Source: Candidatus Bipolaricaulia bacterium | GTDB taxonomy: Bacteria; Bipolaricaulota; Bipolaricaulia; JBHIAT01 | Direction: 5' to 3' | NCBI GenBank assembly: GCA_046758705.1 | Contig: JBHIAT010000126.1 | Coordinates: 1-11,236, forward strand | Length of the DNA: 11,236 nucleotides | In this document: piece by piece, positions 1-7,605 of the stretch | Layout: every line of letters starts with the position of its first letter | How positions within the stretch are numbered: position 1 is the stretch's first letter | Position numbers and translations under genes: made by a program | The notes under the pieces: generated by a model | Seen by the model: only the letters and a program-made list of their open reading frames with translations | Databases searched by the model: none | Told to the model about the DNA's origin: nothing

Positions 1-2
1 AC

Positions 3-3000
3 TGTACCGTCGACAGTGAGGTGTTCAAAACCCACCTAAACCAAGCCAGGGATTTGGAATCTAACAATCAATTTGAACAGGCGATTCAAGAATATGAGCA
101 GGCGGTGGCCCTATATCAGGGAGAGTTCCTCGCCGACGATCGCTACGAAGACTGGGCCATCCCCCATACAGAACGATGGCAGCAGACCTACCTCGACACC
201 TTGTCTCAACTGGCCGAATGCCACGCACGCCTGGGTCAATATCGAAGGGCAATCGCTCGATGCAACAAGATTCTAGAGATCGAGCCCTATCGCGAGCCGA
301 CCTACCGCCAATTGATGCTTTACCACTATTTAGTTGGGGATCCGGAACAGGCGATCCGGACCTATGAGCGGTTTCGCACCTTGCTGAATCAGGAACTGGA
401 CGCCGAACCCCTGCCTGAAACCCAACAGCTTTACGGACAGATCGTCGATCGGGAGATTGCAGGGATCGATGAGGTGTACCAGCCAGTCTCGGTGGTCGAG
501 CGCACCCCGATCCCAACGTTGTTGAAACGGGTCCCGTTTGTGAGTCGGGAGGGGGAATACGCCGAACTCGTCACCCATCTGGAGGAGGCCAAGGACGACA
601 GCGGGAGGACGGTTTTAATCTTTGGAGAGACGGGGATCGGCAAGACGCGCCTGGTCGAAGAGCTGATCCGTTATGGGCAATACCGATATCAGGTGCGGAC
701 CTTGGAAGGACGTTGTCATAAACTGAGTACCAGCCTGTCATATCAGCCGTTGATCGATGCGATTCGAGGCGGGCTGTCCCGGATCGATCCTCAGACGATC
801 GACATTGGACCGCTGTGGTTGGCCGAGGTGGCCGATCTGGTGCCTGAACTGCGTGACCTGATTGTGGACCTGCCTGCCAATCCGTCCCTGCCTCCGGAGT
901 TGAAACGGAATCGGCTGTTTGAAGGCCTGGTCCAGTTTTTCGCAGGACTGGCTCAGGCTGAGGGCCCGTTGGTACTGTTTCTGGACGACCTCCACTGGGT
1001 CGATCCGTCCACCTTGGACTTCTTGGCTTTCTTTTGTCCTCGCGTCGTCGACCACCCGATCTTGATCATCGGGACCTATCGCGGTGAGGAGGTTGAGGAA
1101 GCTCATCCGTTGATCAACTTGATCGAGTACGGAGAGCGACAAGGGACAGTGCACCACTATGAACTCCCTCGTCTCTCCGAGCAGGCGGTGGATCAACTGT
1201 TGAGCGAGATCGCTCCCCAGCTCGACCGATCGTTCCAGGAGCGAATCTACCAAGAGACACAGGGCAACCCGTTCTTCATCGTGGCGGTTCTACAGCACCT
1301 GTTTGAGGAAGGTCTATTGCGGGTGAGAGAGGACGGCACCTGGGCCTCCACAGTCGAGGAGATCCCCTCGGAGGATCGGGCTCGAGGACTGATGTTCCCG
1401 GAGATGGCGAAGGGGGTGATCCAAAGACGGTTGAGGCGGTTGAAGGACGAGGAACGCCAGTTGTTACAGCTGGCCGCGGTGATCGGAGAACGGTTCGAGT
1501 TTGAACTGCTCCAACGAATTGAGGGAGGAGAGACCACAGCGGCCTTAGAAACATTAGAAGGGTTAACCCAGGCTCAATTGCTGGTGGAGCAAGCGGACAT
1601 GGGAGACTACGCATTCAGCCACGGCAAGATCTGGGAAGCGGTCTACTACGATGAGCTCAGCGGGGCGAGGCGGAAGTGGCTCCATCGAAACGTGGGGGAA
1701 GCGTTAGAGCGAGCCTATGCCAATCGCCTAGAGGAGTATTCCGGACAGATTGCCGAACATTATTATCGTGGCGAGGTGTGGGAGAAAGCCGTAAAGTACC
1801 TGCTCAAAGCGGGCGAGAAAGCGCGGCGCGCTTACCTAAACGACGAGGCCATCGGCTATTTCCAGCGGACAGTGGAACAGCTACAGGGGTCTGCGTTGGG
1901 CGAGACTCATAAGGATTGGCAGCTGGAGGCATTGACAGGGTTGGGAGAGGTCTATCACGGGGTTGGGAATGAAGAAATCGCGGAAGATCACTTTCGAGAG
2001 GCAATTGCACTCGGCCAGGAGATCGGGTTGGCTCCCCGTGAACTCGTCCGACTCTATCATTGGCTGGGAGAGGTGCTGTGGTGGCAGAGCCGACACGATG
2101 AGGTGATTCGTATCGGAGAGGAGGGTCTGGCACTGTTAGGGGATGATACTGAATCTACCGAATCGGTTGAAGCCGCGTTGATGAATCAAACTATAGCAAG
2201 TAGCCACAACTTTAAGAGAAACTTCGAAAAAGGCCGTGAATTCATTTATAGAAATGCGAAATTCATCCAGCAGTTGCCCTATTCGGCGGAGCTCAGACCG
2301 GCTTACATTCATATTTTTGGCATGTATGCTCTTGACAAGGACATCGAAGAAGCATTGAAGTGGCTCCAGATCCTCGAGCAGAAGGCGGAAGGACACCACG
2401 ATGTGAGAGCACTGGGAGATGTATACCATCATGAGGGAGATACCCTGGCCAATCAGGGTGACCTGCACGGGGCCATTTCGCAGTACCAACAAGCCCTGGA
2501 ACTGTTTACAAAAATAGGAGATGCCAATCACGCAAATCGATCTCTGATTCGTATGGGAGAGGTCTCCTTGGCACTGGGCGACCTCCAAAAAGCTGAGGAG
2601 TATGCGCACAGAGGGCTCGAAACAGCAGAGATTGTAGGGGACAAGATAATGATCGCATGGGCATGCGAGAGAATGGGCACGATTTTCCTGTGTCAGAGTG
2701 CCTGGGAAGAGGCGGAGGAGGCGTTTCAGAGAGCCGCTCACCTATACCGGGAAACCAGCTCTCCTTACGAGGTGTGGCCACTCATGTCGTTAGGGCGAAC
2801 TTACCTGGCTCAGAAAAAGCGACGGGAGGCGTTGATGAAGTGTCAAGAGGTCTTCGCCCTGGTGACACTAGAAAGCTCCGCATTCCCTTACGCATTGACC
2901 AGGCTTGAAGAAGCGTACGACAATCCCAAAACGTTCCGTATCTTTTGTCAGCGCTTCCGAGAAGGACACCCCGAAGCCGACGGCTCGCCATTCGTACAAT

Positions 3001-3713
3001 GGTATCTGGAACCGACGGAGGCAATCGATTTCCCTCAAAACCTGATTCACGATGAGTTTGCCGATTCCCTTTCGTCCGATTGGGCCTGGCAGGACTCGTT
3101 TGATGACAGCTCGTTCACGGTAAACGATGGGCTGGAAATCCATGCCGCGAACGGACGAGACCTCGGTTCAATCACCAAATGGCAAATCAACCTGAACGCA
3201 CCGCGCATCCTCCGGCCGATCTCAGGAGATTTCTCGGTTCAGACGGTCTGCATGCCGGTTTCCAAAGAAAAACCAGCTATCGGTGGGCTTGTACTCTGGA
3301 AGGATCGGGAGAACTATCTCCGCCTCACTCGGGGAGTCAGAGGTGAGCACGAAATCTCGTTGGAGGGATGTCTGGGAAACAAAGATGTGATTATCGGTCA
3401 CGGACGTTTGGCCAGCGAGCGCGTTTATCTACGGCTGGAGCGGTTGGGTGATCGCGTGAACGCCCTGTGCAGCACAGATGGGATGGATTGGTACGCCGTC
3501 GGATCGGCGGCCTTTCCCATCGAGGATCCGGTTGAGGTCGGCCTACATGCCATCGGCACCATTAACCGCATTATCTACCCCGGTGCCTATCCCGATGGGA
3601 CGGCGATTCACTTTGAGTCGTTTCAGTTATGGGGGACTAAAGTATGGGGTTCATTCCTTCCTGGCTCTTTGCACATAGATCCGAACCCGACTGAGTCTAC
3701 GTTCAGACTGTGA
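3..3713 (+). CDS. SARP/AfsR-like transcriptional regulator: BTAD + STAND (AAA_16-type) ATPase + TPR repeats + C-terminal ConA-like/DUF1349-like domain; 5' end lies outside the window
   Basis: Frame is open from base 3 (CTVDSEVF, resembling the 'VD..F' BTAD start). BTAD motifs LYQGEFL..D.YEDW and EPYREPTYRQLM; Walker A GETGIGKT (624-647); Walker B LFLDDLHW; TQGNPFF; many TPR-like helices; beta-rich C-terminus (GDFSVQT, GGLVLWKD, YLRLER, STDGMDW). True stop may be TAA 3638-3640 (see findings). Confidence 0.9.
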   Translation, partial: CTVDSEVFKTHLNQARDLESNNQFEQAIQEYEQAVALYQGEFLADDRYEDWAIPHTERWQQTYLDTLSQLAECHARLGQYRRAIARCNKILEIEPYREPTYRQLMLYHYLVGDPEQAIRTYERFRTLLNQELDAEPLPETQQLYGQIVDREIAGIDEVYQPVSVVERTPIPTLLKRVPFVSREGEYAELVTHLEEAKDDSGRTVLIFGETGIGKTRLVEELIRYGQYRYQVRTLEGRCHKLSTSLSYQPLIDAIRGGLSRIDPQTIDIGPLWLAEVADLVPELRDLIVDLPANPSLPPELKRNRLFEGLVQFFAGLAQAEGPLVLFLDDLHWVDPSTLDFLAFFCPRVVDHPILIIGTYRGEEVEEAHPLINLIEYGERQGTVHHYELPRLSEQAVDQLLSEIAPQLDRSFQERIYQETQGNPFFIVAVLQHLFEEGLLRVREDGTWASTVEEIPSEDRARGLMFPEMAKGVIQRRLRRLKDEERQLLQLAAVIGERFEFELLQRIEGGETTAALETLEGLTQAQLLVEQADMGDYAFSHGKIWEAVYYDELSGARRKWLHRNVGEALERAYANRLEEYSGQIAEHYYRGEVWEKAVKYLLKAGEKARRAYLNDEAIGYFQRTVEQLQGSALGETHKDWQLEALTGLGEVYHGVGNEEIAEDHFREAIALGQEIGLAPRELVRLYHWLGEVLWWQSRHDEVIRIGEEGLALLGDDTESTESVEAALMNQTIASSHNFKRNFEKGREFIYRNAKFIQQLPYSAELRPAYIHIFGMYALDKDIEEALKWLQILEQKAEGHHDVRALGDVYHHEGDTLANQGDLHGAISQYQQALELFTKIGDANHANRSLIRMGEVSLALGDLQKAEEYAHRGLETAEIVGDKIMIAWACERMGTIFLCQSAWEEAEEAFQRAAHLYRETSSPYEVWPLMSLGRTYLAQKKRREALMKCQEVFALVTLESSAFPYALTRLEEAYDNPKTFRIFCQRFREGHPEADGSPFVQWYLEPTEAIDFPQNLIHDEFADSLSSDWAWQDSFDDSSFTVNDGLEIHAANGRDLGSITKWQINLNAPRILRPISGDFSVQTVCMPVSKEKPAIGGLVLWKDRENYLRLTRGVRGEHEISLEGCLGNKDVIIGHGRLASERVYLRLERLGDRVNALCSTDGMDWYAVGSAAFPIEDPVEVGLHAIGTINRIIYPGAYPDGTAIHFESFQLWGTKVWGSFLPGSLHIDPNPTESTFRL

Positions 3714-3788
3714 TTTCACCAGGGATGCCACCGTCAGCAGCCCAAGCATCCCACTCGCGAGCACACCGATGATCAGTCCTATAAGCAT
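3651..3788 (-). CDS. Small single-pass membrane protein, 45 aa (MLIGLIIGVLASGMLGLLTVASLVKSQSERRLSRVRIYVQRARKE)
   Basis: Hand-translated; below the ORF-track cutoff. Purine-rich RBS AGGAAGGGGGAACC precedes the ATG. About 24 uncharged N-terminal residues are followed by an Arg/Lys-rich tail. Confidence 0.6.
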   Translation of the reverse strand: MLIGLIIGVLASGMLGLLTVASLVKSQSERRLSRVRIYVQRARKE

Positions 3789-3889
3789 GGTTCCCCCTTC
3801 CTGTTGTTACCTGCTGTTCACTCCATCCTTCACCTGTATATTACGGAATCGAGTGCCGGATGACTGTAAGGTTTCTTATACTAATTCGC

Positions 3890-3906
3890 CTGGTTGACGG
3901 ACAAAA
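3890..3906. repeat. IS terminal inverted repeat (IRR, downstream of the transposase)
   Basis: ctggttgacggacaaaa; reverse complement of 5235-5251 with 2 mismatches. Confidence 0.85.
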
Positions 3907-3907
3907 C

Positions 3908-5094
3908 TCACCTCACCCCCCAAGCATAGTGGGTTACCTCCACCGACGAGAAACTCAGTCGGGGCGGACCCGTTCCCCCCGGCTTCGACGCCCGGGCCGG
4001 TTCCGGATCCGCTCCCCCGACCAGCCGCACCTGCGTGATCAACTCCCAGCCCTGCATCAGCGCCCGTTTGATCCAATTCCATCCGATCTTCAGATAGCTG
4101 CTCCCCCGAAACCAATGGGGATCGACCCAGCGCCGCTTCCCCTGCGCCACTACCTCCGTCCCCTGTGACACCAGGTACAACGTGGTCATCGCCATCACGA
4201 AGCACAGCCGGCTCAACGCCTGAGCCTCGCGCACCTCAGACGATTCCAACTGAAACCCGTTCGATTTATCGTCCAAGAAGTTCTCTTCAATGTCGAACCG
4301 CAACCCGTATTCCTCAAAGGTCTCCAGATCGGTCGGCTCATCGCTGACCACCACCCAACACGTCCGGCTTCCCCCCGGCCCCGGCCGCGCTAGCGCCAGA
4401 TGGACGGGACCATACTGGTGCTCGGTGATGGCGACATCATGAAAGAACCGCGCCTGGCCGCCTGCCACACAGATCGCCTTCACCTTGCGGCGCCACTGCC
4501 CCGCACGATACACCCAGAAGTTCCGTTTGATCCGGATGCGCCAATGCCACCCCAGCCGATCCAGATGGCGCATGAGCTTTGTGTCAGCGAAGCCGCGGTC
4601 CGCCAGCAGAACGACCCGGCAGACGGGCAGGGGCAGCAGCTGAGCTGCCCGATCCAGCAGATCTTGGTAGATCGCATAGGCGACGCTGGTGCTTGGCTGG
4701 TCCAGGACCCGCCACACGAGGGGCACCGCACGGCCCCGGTAGATCGCTGAGCCCGCACGATACAATACTTGCCCCATAACATGGAGGTGTCCAAGGCCAG
4801 GTAGAGCGTATGGTTTCCCCAGTGGGCCAAGGCGTGCTGAATCAGCGGGCCGTAGAGAGGATGGACCTCGATGCGGGGGTTGTGCAACCAGCGGGTGAAG
4901 CGGCGCACCGTACTTTGGACGTAGGTCGCTCGACTGTGGACGTAGGGGGCCCAAGCGGTCAGGCTGATTCGGCCAGACTGGATTAGGCCGACCATCATCC
5001 ACGCCAGCGTGTTGAGGTGGCGCAGATCCAGCCAGTTTTGGTGTTGACTCAAGACGCGGACCAGGGTATAGTAGAAACGAAGTGTGTTTTCCAT
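3908..5094 (-). pseudogene. IS4-family DDE transposase, frameshifted at ~4745-4752 (about 395 aa if repaired)
   Basis: N-terminal part MENTLRF...LALDTSMLWGKYCIVR (first catalytic D) lies in ORF 4480-5160. C-terminal part IYRGRAVPLVW...LADRGF (second D)...YGLRFDIEENFLDDK (IS4 Y-2-R-3-E-6-K signature) lies in ORF 3908-5002. AAGGAGG precedes ATG 5094. Confidence 0.9.
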
Positions 5095-5130
5095 GGTTCC
5101 CTCCTTCAGTGGTTTCGGGGAGGGAACCAT
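5093..5130 (-). promoter_or_regulatory. Perfect 12-bp stem-loop occluding the transposase SD and start codon
   Basis: mRNA sense reads ATGGTTCCCTCC-14 nt-GGAGGGAACCAT(G); the 3' arm contains the SD and the AT of the ATG. Confidence 0.75.
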
Positions 5131-5234
5131 CTTGTTTAGGCCACTGAGAAACTGGTTCATGGCGTGAGTTCCCTCCTCCTTTTTAGGAGAGTATAACGTG
5201 TCTTGAGCACTTTATGGAAGCCACACTTCCCGAC

Positions 5235-5251
5235 TTTTGTCGGTCAATCAG
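5235..5251. repeat. IS terminal inverted repeat (IRL, upstream of the transposase)
   Basis: ttttgtcggtcaatcag; pairs with 3890-3906. Confidence 0.85.
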
Positions 5252-5274
5252 GTCCTTACTGCCAATGTAGTATA

Positions 5275-5602
5275 ATGACGGTCCTCGGACAGTTCATGCT
5301 TTACAACTTGCTGCCCAGCCTGGTGGCAGGCGCCCTCGCCTGGCTGATGGTATACGCAGCCATTGTCTCTTTGAAAATCCAACGTGCGTCCCTGCGCCTG
5401 CCTTTGCTCTACGTTCCCTTGGTCAAATCCACATTAATCCTGCTTGGCATTGGGTTTGTACTGCCCTGGCCGCACGGGGTCTTTGCTGCCTGGAACGAAC
5501 ATGCCGTCCCACCTCTGGTCGTGCTACCCTATGTTCTACTCTGGATCGGGCGTGCTGACGTTTCTGATTGCTCTGCGAACCTTCAACTTTGCGCGGGAGT
5601 AA
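5275..5602 (+). pseudogene. Membrane protein, frameshifted or truncated at ~5548-5551; N-terminus resembles M56 (BlaR1/MecR1-type) membrane regions
   Basis: Hydrophobic segments MTVLGQFMLYNLLPSLVAGALAWLMVYAAIVSL, LRLPLLYVPLVKSTLILLGIG and VLPYVLLWIG. In-frame continuation is non-protein-like, while the +1 frame gives GVLTFLIALRTFNFARE* (TAA 5600-5602). The ORF-track start at 5203 lies inside the IS. No HExxH motif is present. Confidence 0.55.
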
Positions 5603-5653
5603 AAAGTAGAGGCGGACACAAGCAAGGAAATTATGATGACAACTTACCACAAT

Positions 5654-5683
5654 TTGACTCGCTCCTTTCCATTCACTTACAAT
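5654..5683 (+). promoter_or_regulatory. Sigma70-type promoter TTGACT-N18-TACAAT
   Basis: -35 at 5654-5659 and -10 at 5678-5683, in an AT-rich intergenic stretch ahead of CDS 5737. Confidence 0.7.
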
Positions 5684-5716
5684 GATCTTCGTCAGTGAAA
5701 CAGCTGACGAAGATCA
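5683..5716. promoter_or_regulatory. Perfect 13-bp inverted repeat (operator or 5' leader structure)
   Basis: TGATCTTCGTCAG-tgaaacag-CTGACGAAGATCA overlaps the predicted transcription start. Confidence 0.65.
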
Positions 5717-5736
5717 AAAACAAAAAGGGGGTACCC

Positions 5737-6351
5737 ATGATGAGGAGCATTTGGGCTCCGCTAACTGTGGCTGTTTTGGTGTTGACGGTGGTTATGACCC
5801 TGTTTTCCACCACCTCGTGGGCACACAAAGGAGTGACCGAGCTTGCCGAGGGGACTCTGGTTGAGCTGTTCTTCAAGGAGTCCAGCACGGGGACAAAGGG
5901 ATATGCGATCTATGACTTCAGCGTGGGACAGATTCGCGTCGAGGTCAAAGATCTGCCCCGGGCCGAGGTCGGCTATGAGGCGTTCCTCGTCGAGGTGGAC
6001 GTTCCCACCTTGGCAAACGCCGTTTTTGTCGATGGTGACCCGGACAAAGGCATCCGACCCGACTTCGATCTCACCTATGAGCAGGCGGTCGGGGCGGTGG
6101 TCAAGAGCGTGCAAAGCATCGGATCGTTTAACACGGACGCTCGCGGAAATGGGACGTTGGTCTTCAATGAAGGCAGGAATCTCCATTCTATAGGCTACAG
6201 TAAGTTCAATATGTTGATCATCTTTGAGCAGAATACTCCCGGTGTACATGAGGCACCCGAAGGGCGGGTCGTTCTGGAGTGTCACGGAACCCTCGAAGGC
6301 GCTCCGGGACCGGCCGTTCCGATTCGCGACATCGCGCCCTCTATGGGATAG
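5737..6351 (+). CDS. Secreted hypothetical protein (204 aa); Sec signal peptide, predicted mature N-terminal His, RskA-C-like beta-sandwich pattern
   Basis: RBS AAGGGGG precedes ATG 5737. Signal MMRSIWAPLTVAVLVLTVVMTLFSTTSWA|HKG. Pattern G.A..IRVEVKDLP...YEAFLV...SIGSF.TD..G.GTL...LIIFEQ...PEGRVVL resembles anti-sigma RskA C-terminal domains. Confidence 0.8.
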   Translation: MMRSIWAPLTVAVLVLTVVMTLFSTTSWAHKGVTELAEGTLVELFFKESSTGTKGYAIYDFSVGQIRVEVKDLPRAEVGYEAFLVEVDVPTLANAVFVDGDPDKGIRPDFDLTYEQAVGAVVKSVQSIGSFNTDARGNGTLVFNEGRNLHSIGYSKFNMLIIFEQNTPGVHEAPEGRVVLECHGTLEGAPGPAVPIRDIAPSMG

Positions 6352-6385
6352 TGACTTAGACTTCAAAGGGATGAAGGTGACGGTG

Positions 6386-6432
6386 GCCGTTGGCCGGGGC
6401 AATCAGGATGCTGGTCGCCCCGGTTGAACGGT
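6386..6432 (+). terminator. Long GC-rich stem-loop between convergent genes (3' stabiliser or terminator-like, no U-tract)
   Basis: GCCGTTGGCCGGGGC-AATCAG-gatg-CTGGTC-GCCCCGGTTGAACGGT; several G-U pairs form only on the + strand. Confidence 0.5.
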
Positions 6433-6449
6433 GCTGATCGATCCGTGGC

Positions 6450-7568
6450 TTAGCCTTCATGGGCCGCAGCGATTTCGTCGAGCATCCGGTCGAGATCAGT
6501 TCTTGTGTACCAACGACCCCGCACCATCACCCCGGCGATATCTCTGGTATAGGTGATGTGGTAGGCCTGCTGAGCGAAGCCGCGCATCGCGGCCAGCGTG
6601 GTCGTAACCCATTTGTCAGCGTCGGCGACCCGCTGTGCCGTCTCAGGAAAAGCCCAGGCTTCTAAACCGGCGAAGTAAGCGTCGACTTCCTCCGGACTGG
6701 TCAGGTTGTAGTGATCGGGAAATGCGTCCAGCAGAATTTTGAACAGTTCTTCGACATGGGCGGCTTCTTCCTGTTCTGAGCTCAGAAAATCGTCCAGCCA
6801 GATCGAGTACGGTATGTGGCCGATGACCGGGATGCCGCGTTGCTGTGCCGATACCGTCACGGCTCGATAGACCTCTTGGGATGCGTAACTGCCCATCTTG
6901 ATCCCATCGTAACCCTGCTGCACGAGATTGGCAGTGACCTGCTCTGCCTTTTGGGGATCGTCGACCAGCACAGACGGTACGCCCAGCGCGGATCGCAGGC
7001 CGAGGAACTGGCTGAGCCGGGTGAGACGCACGGCGTGGGGTTGCCGGTCCAGGCCGGCCCGGTCGATGCGCCTCGAAGAGCCGATCTTGGCGCTGTACAC
7101 CCATAGGTTAGGACCCAGTCGCTCGCCGCGGGCGATCTCGTCGCGCCACTTCAGGTGCCAAGGCGCTCCGGTTAGCTCGCGAACCGTCGTCACACCATTG
7201 GCCAGGTGAAGCAGGAGATCGTTCTCATACTCATGGAGATGGACGTGCATATCGCTGAGCCCCGGTAGCAAAAACCTGCCACTCCCATCCACGCGAAACG
7301 CGTCTTCCGGGATATCGATCGTTGCGTTGGGTCCCATCTGAGCGATGCGGCCGTCCTTGACGATGACGGTCTGTCCCTCCCACACCTGCTCGCGGTCCAT
7401 CGGGATCACGGTGACGTCCACAAATGCGACCGTCTGCTCTATACCCGACGGGATCTGCTCGGGAGTCAAAGCAGTATCTCTCACTCTGGCACAGCCGACC
7501 AACAGGATGGCCCCGATCAGAAACGATGAGATCCAGATGAGCTTGTGATTAAAGCGCAACGATACCAT
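6450..7568 (-). pseudogene. Amidohydrolase-superfamily lipoprotein with an in-frame internal deletion (open frame, 372 aa)
   Basis: Lipobox LVG|C; VIVKDGRI; VDGSGRFLLPGLSDMHVH; ANGVTTVRE; GYDGIK; IGHIP; AHVEE. The sequence then jumps from TTTLAAMRGFAQQAY to the terminal TRDIAGVMVRGRW, lacking the GTD, AT-x-N-x-A and G-x-x-ADL segments. Confidence 0.8.
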
Positions 7569-7605
7569 CTCATATCTGACTCCCGGCAAGGAATAGGATA
7601 GGATC

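Larger units (their letters stand above)
3890..5251 (-). mobile_element. IS4-family insertion sequence (IS10/IS50-like CTG termini), ~1362 bp
   Basis: Terminal inverted repeats CTGGTTGACGGACAAAA (3890-3906) and CTGATTGACCGACAAAA (5251-5235) match at 15/17 and enclose a DDE transposase whose stop abuts the inner edge of one IR. Confidence 0.88.

Noticed and set aside
3-3713. Avs-type antiphage STAND defence protein
   Set aside because: The N-terminus is a BTAD activation domain and no nuclease, TIR or protease effector is visible; it fits SARP/AfsR-like regulators
5203-5274. Start of the 160-aa ORF at 5203
   Set aside because: Lies within the IS end, and the residues before Met 5275 do not look protein-like
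5266-5276. TATAAT as a hybrid promoter with an IS-supplied -35
   Set aside because: No credible -35 at 16-18 bp spacing, no extended -10 TG, and it overlaps the likely ATG
5722-5739. GGGGGTACCC as a CsoR operator
   Set aside because: Only a half-site-like G-tract, fully explained as the SD of CDS 5737
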